A stretch of DNA of 64,000 nucleotides, taken from positions 100,254,001 to 100,318,000 of the forward strand of contig OZ024740.1 of NCBI GenBank assembly GCA_964016885.1. The letters run 5' to 3'. The stretch's first letter is position 1, and every line of letters begins with the position of its first letter. A program made the position numbers and the translations under genes. This DNA is from Eledone cirrhosa (Eukaryota). Below, piece by piece: positions 54,220 through 64,000 of this stretch. The notes under the pieces are model-generated. The model made no database searches. It saw only the letters and a program-made list of their open reading frames with translations, and was not told the DNA's origin.

Positions 54220-55395
54220 TGTAATAAATCTTTAAGGAATTTCACCAGTCCAGCCTCCTGTCATTTTACTCAATTATGTTTATATATACACACACGCACA
54301 TATATATATGTATATATATATATATATATGATGTCACACTCCTCATGAATAGTACTAGTAACATGTAAACTGGACAGCCTGTTACATTGTTTGGTTGTCA
54401 GCAATCAAACTGGCAATCCTTGGTAAAGCGTGTGATTTTACAACAGCTTGCATAATGATAAATACAATCTGTCAAAGAACAAACAAAATCTGGAGAATCA
54501 ACAGCCAACTATTAATCTGTATATAGGAATGTGCATATATGTGTATTTGCAAATGTATATAAATTCAGATGGGAATTGGAAAAAGAAAAATTAAAATCTG
54601 CAGTATATGTAGTTTTCAGCTTTTTTATTAATGTTTTTTTTTTAGTGTTGTTGCTAGTGTAATGCATTTGAACATTTAGAGAAGTGCCACTTGTCTCACA
54701 AACGTTTATCACTATAAAATAGTATGTGTTGGTAATTTGTATACACTATTTCTTTTAATATTCTAGCGTAAATCTTGAGAGCAATCACACACACACATTT
54801 TTACATAAAATCCCAAACAATCATACACACAAGCACACGCATATATGCATACAAAAATTGTAAACAGAGGAATATCTAAAGTTATCGATTGCAAGTAATT
54901 TCTTTCAAGAAAACAATAACATTTAAAATCAAATCAAATGAGATTTGCCATCATCAAAAAAACTATCAAACGGACTCAGTGCAATAAAGAATTTAAAAAA
55001 AGAGTGTGATTGGTGTGATAAGGAAGATGTTGGTGATGTGATGAAATATATATAACCATAGAGAGAGGGGGAGAAAGAGAGACAGAGAAGGAGAAAGATG
55101 TTAGAGAAGCTATTAATACAAGATAAGATTTCGAGATATATTTTTGATGAAGATGGTAAAAACCAAAATGTGGAATCAATAAAGCAATACAAATAAAAAA
55201 AGTAAGAATTGCAATATTAATTTGATACTAAAATAATGATATGTATGTTTGGTGTGTTTTTGGCTAGTTTAAGCTTGTTGTACTTTTCTGGTGGGTAGGG
55301 TTGTGCGAGTTAAAAGTATATATATATTATATATATGCATATATATATATATATCTACATGTGTGTGTGCATGTAACGGATAAACAGAAATAACA

Positions 55396-55431
<36 letters not shown>

Positions 55432-55631
55432 GGAGAAAAAGTGAAAGTCATGATTACATATGGAGAAAAAGTGAGGGTCGTGATTACATAATGAATACAA
55501 CTGTATTGCAAGTATGAAATTACCTTATCAGTTAAATAGCTGTTGACATTTATACACATAAATATCTAATCCAACCAAACATTAATAATTACCTACACAC
55601 AGATAAAGATACACACACACATAGATATATG

Positions 55632-55682
<51 letters not shown>

Positions 55683-55698
55683 GTATATATATATATGT

Positions 55699-55816
55699 AT
55701 ATGAATGTAAATATAGTGTATTTTGCAATACACTGTATGCTTAATTAAAAGCATTTCGAAATGCTTTTAATTAAGCATACAGTGTATTGCAAAATACACT
55801 GTATATACATTCATAT
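55699..55816. repeat. Spacer-less near-perfect palindrome centred on TTCGAA
   Basis: Centre 55757/55758; each arm reads CGAA-ATGCTT-TTAATT-AAGCAT-A-CAGTGT outward. Confidence 0.9.
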
Positions 55817-55848
55817 ATATATATCGCTATTTCAGAGCACCAATTCTG

Positions 55849-55895
<47 letters not shown>

Positions 55896-55896
55896 A

Positions 55897-56078
55897 TAGG
55901 AATAAGTACGACCCCGACGGCAGAGCTCAAGCCGTTTCAACGGCTATTTCTGGATTCGAAACAGCTTGAGCTCTGCCATCGGGGTCATAACTTTTCCTAT
56001 TACCCACTCTACTACCCTAAGTATTGGGTACTCTGGTGCATTATGGTCCATCTGGTTCCTTACCACAACTTCTTCGTT
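55897..56078 (+). mobile_element. Family E element with fold-back
   Basis: Inverted piece 55897-55955, then the sense strand from TCGAAACAGCTTGAGCTCTGCCATCGGGGTC to (TA)n. Confidence 0.75.
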
Positions 56079-57046
56079 ATATATATATATATATAGTATT
56101 AAGGGTACTATTTATGGTTATGTATGCAATAAAAACCTTTAATGGTAATATATTATATATACACAAACCCTAAATAGTGAGAGATAGTCATTAATTACTA
56201 TCCTATTACCAGTAAGATAAATAGCTCAATGTAATAACATCATAAATGGGTAACATACTCTAGATATTAGTTATAACTTCACATGATAGGCACGTATTTG
56301 AATCACCATTAATGTAGTTTAGCATAGTAATGTAACTAAGATAACTAGCTAGTTACCTCCCCTTACGCATTAATTCCCCTTAGTCATTCAGGCACTTCCG
56401 GAATCTGGACAGCATGATATATTAATTAAGAACCGACTGGATACGGTTTATAGCTTGACTATATGCTGAACCACCGCGAATTATACAATAGACGCGTGTT
56501 CTCTATATATATATTGCGTCTCATGGATTATGTGAGTGGTGGTGTGAGCAAGGACAGTGGTACGGCCTTGCCTACGATACAATAAGGTTTATAGTATGTT
56601 GAAGGTTTTTGATATTTTGGTGTTTCCCCGCATCCGAGACTGTATATCATACAGATGTATGAGAATAAATGACTTAATAATTCAGCCTACATAATAAGAT
56701 CGATTGCCAGCTTCAACTGCCTGACCCTGCAAATATCATTCTGATGCACTCTAATCATGTATAGATAAGACACGCGTGCATGCTACACGGGAGATTGTTT
56801 CATACACTGACTGACTACTCTAAGCTTTCCTCTTGCTTTATCTTCATAGACTGCCAACGCTTCATGTTTATCTTTATTTTCACTCTTATTTTCACTCTTG
56901 TTTTTATTTTATTTTTATCCTGTAACCTTTATATGTAAATTGCCATGCTATATCATTTGATGAATGTCACCCCACTGTTGATCAATATGCGCATATGTTT
57001 TATGTGTCTCTAGGGTTGAAAAGGAGGTCAAGTATGTTATAAACAG

Positions 57047-57095
57047 TTGCTCCGAAGAATCCAAACCTCGGTTTGGAGGAAACAATTGTAAGCAA
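57047..57095 (+). ncRNA. Minimal hammerhead variant (family G) at the 3' end of a 1 kb non-coding island
   Basis: TTGCT-CCGAAGA-A-TCCAAACCTCGGTTTGGA-G-GAA-ACAATTGT-A-AGCAA overlapping AATAAA. Confidence 0.68.
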
Positions 57096-57150
57096 ATAAA
57101 TGACTTAAACTGAACTTTGATGACTGTAATCTCTCTCTCTATATATATAT

Positions 57151-59915
57151 ATCAACATCATCATCATCATTTTACGTCCGCTTTTCCCTGCTTGCAAGGG
57201 TGGGACGGGTCTTATTCAGCACAGCATCTCTCCACTTGTCATGGTCCTTCGTCATCTCCCCGGTGAGCTTCAACGATCTGAGGTCTGTTCTCACCACCTC
57301 CGCCCATGTTTTACGTGGTCTACCTCTACAATGTCTTCCTTCAACTGGCATTTCCTGGCACTTCTTCACCCATCGGTCATCCTCCATGCGCATCACTTGT
57401 CCATACCACCTTAGTCTCCTCTCTTGCACACTACATTCTATCCCTCTCAGACACAGTTTCTCTCTCAACACATTCATGCTGGGTCGTTCACGCACATTGA
57501 CATTGCACATCCAACGGAGCATGCTTGCCTCATCTCTCTCCAGCCGTCGCATATCCTCTGCAGTTGCTGCCCATGTCTCACTAACATGCAGCATCGCGCT
57601 CCTCACACAGGCATCATATAACCGGCCTTTCGTACGCAGGGAGAAACCCTTCTTCGTCAGCAGAGGAAGCAGCTCCCTAAACTTCTTCCAACCCATTCTT
57701 ATTCTAGATACTATGGCCTCGGACCCCCCCCCTCCCATGCTAATCTGATCTCCTAGGTACAGGAAGCTATCCACCACTTCTATAGCACTCGCCTGCATAT
57801 GAAAAATGTGTCTACCAATGCGACTTCTACTGTCTAATTTCTCCTCGGTTATGACTTGGAGGACTATAATGAACAAGAGCGGGCTGAGGACCGAACCTTG
57901 ATGTACTCCTACTTGTATCTGGAATTCCTCACTAAACTCCATTACTACCATCACTTTACTGACAGTACCTCTGTACAAAGTTTGCAAAGTCCTCACAAAC
58001 CATTCCTCAATATCTAGTTTCCTTAGGGACCACCAGATGACAGATCGGTGTACCCTATCAAAGGCCTTCTCTAGGTCAACAAAGGCTAAGTAAAGTGGCT
58101 TATTTTTCTCTAGGAACCTCTCTTGTAATGGTCTCACCAAGAAGATGGCATCTGTTGTACTCTTCCCAGGCACAAAACCAAACTGCATCTCATCTAGTTT
58201 GACCTTTTCTCTAATTAGTTGTGCTAATATCTTTTCTGCCACTTTCATAACCTGATCCATCAGTTTTATACCCCTATAATTGCTCCTGTCAAGAGCATCC
58301 CCTTTACCTTTGTAGCAATTTATGAGAATACTGCTGCACCAGTCTTTGGGTATGACACCACCATATATAACCTGATTGAGGATGCGTGCAACCAGTTTAG
58401 TGCCTACGTTCCCTGATGCCGTCAGCATCTCAGCAACTATCCCCCATGGTCCAGCAGCCTTACCATTTTTCATTTCCTTAATCGCCTCTTGGACCCTATA
58501 TTCGTCAATCTTAATCAGTCGGATCTACTGAGGGTAATTTCTCTCTCTCCCATTCGTTCTCCACATTCATCAGTCACTCATAATGACATTTCCAGGCCAC
58601 CTTTTTGTGATCATTCGTGACACTAAGTACACCGGCATCATTCCGGACACATTTATCTCCAACAACATCCTGATATGCATTGACACACAGCCTTGCAATT
58701 TGGAACACCGCAAGCCTCTAATCTTCCCGTCGCAGAGCATTGGCAAACCACCTACTCTCAGCGTCCCTGCGTGCTAAGTACACCTAACGTCTAGCTTCTC
58801 TCTTAGCGGCTGTATATCTTTCCCTACTGCTACCCTTTTTCCAAGCCTTCTATGCTAGTCTTTTGTCTCTAATGGCCTTATCTACTGTGCTGTTCCACCT
58901 TAAGGTCACTCTCTGTTTGGTTGGAGTTCTGCTCCATCCACATGTTTCATCAGTAGCCTGCAGTAATTTGTCACGTAAGAAATTCCAGTTATTATCTATG
59001 TCATACATCTTTAAATCGTCTTCCTTTTCGTCATACACAACTTGAAGTGCTTTCCTAAATTTGTATTTTAGTGAAAGGTCTTTTAGCTTCCAGACCTTTC
59101 TTCTCCACACCTTCCTGTATGTCTCATTCCATCTCTTGCTTACTGAGATATCACTAACGACTCACCTATGCTGTGGGGATACATTCTTCCCCAGGGTATA
59201 CCTTGGTATTAGACACTATCTGCTTGTCCCGCTGCCTAACTAGTAAGAAGTCAATCTGGCCTATGTGCTCGCCAGATTTATAGGTTATTAGGTGGTTGGC
59301 AGGTTTCTGGAAGTTAGTGTTGCAAATAGTCAGTGTACTTGCATCACAAAATTCAAGAAGTCTCACTCCTTCTTCATTTCTTGAGCCGTAACCGTTCCCA
59401 CTATGTACCCCAGTGTAACCATCCTGGATCTGTCCAACATGACCATTGAAGTTCCCTGCTAGCATAACGATGTCTCTGTCCTCTGTCATTGCGGTTGTTT
59501 GTAAAAGTTGCTCGTAAAAGCAGTCTTTCTCATCTTTGCCTAGGCCTGCTTGAGGAGCATAGGCAGAGATGATTGTCAGTAGTCTCCTGCCTACGACTAA
59601 TCAAACTTAATTATTCGATTACTAACTCGAACTACCTCTATTGTCTTATTTATCCATCTCTCCGCCAGGAAAATGCCTACTCCACCTAACCCATCATCCT
59701 CACCTACCCAGAAAAGCTTATAGCTAAGATGTTTGCCTACGACTAGTCTCGCAGAGGCACTTCTCCATCTCACCTCTTGCACGCAGCACACATCCACCTG
59801 CCTTCTCTCCAGCATCTCCGCTATTTCAGCAGATCTACATCTGAGAGTGCCAACATTAAGTGTTGCAATTCTGAGATGCAACGTCTTCATATTTTGTTGT
59901 TGTTCCTATTTATTT
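57151..59915 (-). mobile_element. Near full-length, disrupted RTE LINE, subfamily 2
   Basis: ORF pieces 59597-59890 (ATLNVG, VQEVRW), 59166-59489, 58850-59110 and 57172-58473; GAT tail. Confidence 0.92.
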
Positions 59916-60351
59916 GTTGCTGTGCTGATAAGCGTTTTGGCATTGATACACTGGTTGGATGCCCTTCCTAACACCAGTGCCACTTTACAGTATGGACTGG
60001 GTGCTTTTATTTGTGCCACCAGCACTAGAGAGGATGTCTTACTAGACTCAAGGGCCCTCTCTACCCCTCCATTTTACAGCAGGGGCATGAAAAAAAAACA
60101 CTTATTGACACGACACACACACACACACTCACACACCAACACTCATGCATACAAACTACAAACACACACGCCACTGGCACACCAACACTCATGCATACAA
60201 ACAAACACACAACTCACATACATACATACATATATATATATATATTACCGTCAGTACTGATACAAAATCAAAATCATGCCAACTGTTGACTTTTCCCAGT
60301 CCAGTTCAGTTTTTATATAATAATAATAATAATTGTTTGCTTTACGCTGGT

Positions 60352-60505
60352 AATGGTGGTGGTGGTGGATGGTGGCGGTGGTAGTAGTGGTGGTGGTGAA
60401 AGTGGTAGATAGTGTCAGTGATGGTGGTGAAGGCGGTGGGGGTGGTTGTTGTGGTGGTGAAGGTGGTGGATGGTGTCAGTGATGGTGGTAATGGCAGTGT
60501 TGGTG
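60352..60505. repeat. Degenerate (GGT)n repeat
   Basis: Direct reading. Confidence 0.85.
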
Positions 60506-60617
60506 GATGTATATATATATGTATATATATATGTATATATATATGTATATATATATATGTATAAATATATATATATGTATTTATATGTAAATATATATAT
60601 AAATATATATATATATA

Positions 60618-60674
<57 letters not shown>

Positions 60675-60860
60675 AGTTAATATCCCCACAGGTACTAAGT
60701 ACCCCTGGAAATATATAGGGTGTCTATGATACAAGGGTTGTTCCATGGTATTAATTTGACATTCCAGAACTATGAAATTGAGATAAGCAGAACAGGCGAG
60801 ATTCAAACAATTTTTTTAAATAAATAAAAAAATATAATTTAAATATTTACCTATTCCAAT

Positions 60861-60944
60861 TGCTTTTACCGAACGGTTTCACTTCACAAAAGATTGGAGA
60901 TCCCTACGGACTTCCAATGGAAAAGTTTAGATCATCAGAAAGCA
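60861..60944 (-). ncRNA. Type I hammerhead (family C)
   Basis: Minus strand TGCTTT-CTGATGA-T...T-GAA-ACCGTTCGGT-A-AAAGCA. Confidence 0.82.
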
Positions 60945-61394
60945 TTTTCCTTTCCTAGGACAAAAAGTCCCAGGAACGGCAAAATATATCGCCATCTGCC
61001 AGCTACCACAGGATTGAATGGGGCCGAAAATTGGACCTATGCGTGAACCACCCGTAGTAGAAACAGAAGTAAACATAGACGTATTGTCTACCTCGCCACT
61101 AAAAATAGTAGCTAATAAAACAACGGATTTGTTCTCTACATAACGGAGAATATTAAAAGAAGTTAATGTCCCCACAGCTACTAAGTACCCCTGGAAATAT
61201 ATAGGGTGTCTATGATACAATGGTTGTTCTATGGTATTAATTTGACATACCAGAACTATAAAATTGAGATAAGCGGAGCAAGCAAAATTCAAACAATTTT
61301 TTTAAATAAATTAAAAAATATAATTTAAATATTTACCTATTCCATTTGCTTTTACCGAACGGTTTCACTTCACAAAAGATTGGAGGAAAGAAAA

Positions 61395-61478
61395 TGTTTT
61401 CTGATGATCTAAACTTTTCCATTGGAAGTCCCTAGGGATCTCCAATCTTTTGTGAAGTGAAACCGTTCGGTAAAAGCA
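61395..61478 (+). ncRNA. Type I hammerhead (family C, inverted copy)
   Basis: TGTTTT-CTGATGA-T-CT..ATTGGAAGTCCCTAGGGATCTCCAAT..AG-T-GAA-ACCGTTCGGT-A-AAAGCA. Confidence 0.82.
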
Positions 61479-61560
61479 ATTGGAATAGGTAAATATTTAA
61501 ATGATATTGTTTTATTTATTTTAAAAAATTGTTTGAATCTTGCTTTCTCCGCTTATCTCA

Positions 61561-61682
<122 letters not shown>

Positions 61683-61953
61683 GTAGAATAACAATACAAC
61701 AAGAGGAACATAATAGTACCACTGACAATGTTGCAGATGTGCAACGAAAGAACCTTATTAGACTATATATATGTGTTTATATCTATATTATATCTGTATT
61801 TTTGACCGTTGTTCACTCAAGGTAAACATTGAGAACCGAATGAATTAACTATGGAGATATAAAAGATACAGAAGCGAAAACCAACCAAACAGTGAGTGTG
61901 TTCTGTTATTATTTCTGGCAATATTATTACAACAATATGATCCTCCCCAAGTA

Positions 61954-62024
<71 letters not shown>

Positions 62025-62893
62025 TCATCATCATCATCATCATCGTTTAAAGCCCAATTTCAATGCTAGCACGAGCAGGAAGGGCTGACCTTTTGGGAAA
62101 GAATCAAATCAGAAGACCATGTTTGTTCATCCAAGGCTGATTTTGGCCTTGTTTCCACAGTTGGGTGTCCTTCCTAACGCCAAACACACACTCACACACA
62201 CTTCAGCATTTAGTCACAGAAGTTAAGCAATATCAACAAATATTACATAACTGAGCACATCTTCAGAGAGTAATCACCTACCCTGAAATGGAAACGTTTG
62301 TCTAAATGTCTCATACAAATACAGTCTATGCCATCACTTAGTGTAGCTGTTTCAGACTGGAAATGACATATGACCTCGCCCAAAGAAGTGGTCAGTCAAA
62401 AACTGATCATTGTGAGGGAAAATGCTGGAATGAAATTTAAAAAATGAATACAAGCCAAAGTTTTCAACCAGGTTAATTATGTAAAGATCAAAGACAGAGT
62501 TGCCAAAAAATATATAAATTAAACGAAAATAAAAATAAAAACGTTCACCTTATATTCAAAAGCAAGTCCATCACATGAGAGAAAAAAGAAATATTGATTT
62601 ATGAAGTTAGTCGATGAATGAACATGAAGATGGGGTTGTATTATTACTTGATTGAATTAATTTCTCTTATGTGTATTTCCATAATATCAGCACGTTTTTG
62701 CTATGTAATTGTAGAATAGACTGAAATGGCTTCTTTAGACAGTATTTTGCATGTAGTCAAAGTTTACACAACAAAAAATGATAAAGTTGCAGATATGGTT
62801 AAAGCATGAGGAAAGAGGTCTTGAGATCTAGCAGTAATATTTTTTCTCTTGCATGTCAAATTTGGAGGAATATTCTATATGTATATATTATAT

Positions 62894-63097
62894 CAGCATG
62901 TCAAAGATGCGGACCGCAGGCCACATGCAGCCCTTTACATGCACACCTGCAGCCTACACAAAGGTTTTTACAGCGCAAGCATGTTTTATCTTGGTAAAAT
63001 TAGTTGTAATGTGCACAATTAGTTGTCGTGTGTGGCCTTCAGACAATACATATGAGACACATGTGGCCCTCGGGCGACTCTCAGTTTGACATGCTTG
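62894..63097. mobile_element. hAT (Charlie/Buster-like) MITE
   Basis: TIR CAGCATGTCAAA / TTTGACATGCTTG; 8 bp TSD TATTATAT; subterminal GCGGCC-type motifs. Confidence 0.85.
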
Positions 63098-63545
63098 TAT
63101 TATATCATATCGATCCTACTGGCATTCCAAGGGGAGGGTAGAAACATAATGTGCAGAGATGTTCTCGACTTTGCTTATGTGTATAATAAAGGTAAGTAAG
63201 TCCTGTGCTGCTATTAGACCACAGCTGAAAGCAGTAATCTAAACAGCTCAAAACAAATCATTTCCAAAGTGGCAGGACAACTGTCAGATTTCTCTTTGTA
63301 AATGTTCTCAGTACACAGCCACATACCACTGACAGTTCGTTGACACTTAATGAATATCTATAGAGAAGCATGCCTGTGTAGGAATAGCTATGCTCAATGT
63401 TTTCAATTGTTTTCCTGTTTGGAGCAAGGTAAGAACATTTTCTTGTGGTTACTCTTTATCATAAAGGACATGAAATTTTGCTGCACAGAACGACATGTTA
63501 TGCTGGTTTTCTCAGTTATATATAGAGCTGAGTGTCGTTATAGAG

Positions 63546-64000
63546 CAGGGGTCACCAAACTTTTTTCACAGTGGGCCGGATAACTGAAAGAATGACGAGC
63601 GCGGGCCGCATAATCATTCTGTTCAATACTTGCAAGCCAGAACGAAAGCTTTGGAAAAAAAGACGAAACACTACGTTTAGCATTCCATGTTAATCATGGG
63701 TGAGTGGCGTGCAATGCACAAAAAACAAAGACAACCAACATATTTATTTACTAGAAAGTTATCAATGAAGGCGACGTTAGCACAAATATAGTTACATCAG
63801 ACCTAGTGTGCACATATCCGAATCTTACAAACTAAGCAGCAAAAAAGGTTAGTGCGATTTGTGAAACTGACGTTTGGCTTTCAAGATATCATCAATGTTT
63901 GGTTTGGAATTGCTGCATCCAAATATTCATCAGTCAATCTCGTTCGATGTGTTGACTTCACATACTTCATTTTTGAAAATGTTTGCTCACAGACATAAGT
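63546..64000 (-). mobile_element. 3' end of a hAT (Charlie/Buster/SPIN-like) transposon with decayed transposase C-terminus
   Basis: TIR CAGGGGTCACCAAAC after TTATAGAG; minus frame TYVCEQTFSKMKYVKSTHRTRLTDEYLDA (hAT dimerisation domain), frameshifted. Confidence 0.85.

Overview
AT-rich eukaryotic (animal) non-genic DNA with no host-gene exon that I can support. The (TA)n/(CAT)n microsatellites, RTE LINEs and Meta-type SINEs suggest a cephalopod such as Octopus (inference). Conventional content: the 3' end of a Ty3/Gypsy LTR element, one intact full-length RTE LINE (1039-aa APE endonuclease/RT/PHD ORF), more than 10 truncated or decayed RTE copies, tRNA-derived Meta-SINEs with TSDs, a non-autonomous Helitron, a hAT MITE, a hAT transposase end and a probable mariner relic. 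The main unexplained signal lies between the (TA)n tracts: about 10 distinct families of short non-coding elements carry type I hammerhead ribozyme (HHR) motifs (CTGANGA-stem II-GAAA-short/palindromic stem III-NUH-stem I). I count about 16 complete motifs plus several 3'-half motifs in 64 kb. Many share an architecture of 1-1.5 head-to-tail units, a fixed 3' end on (TA)n and an inverted fold-back 5' piece. This fits Penelope-like-element (PLE)-dependent, microsatellite-targeting non-LTR retrozymes. Most have a non-Watson-Crick pair (U.U, A.G, A.A) at hammerhead positions 10.1/11.1. All folds were done by eye; catalytic activity is untested.
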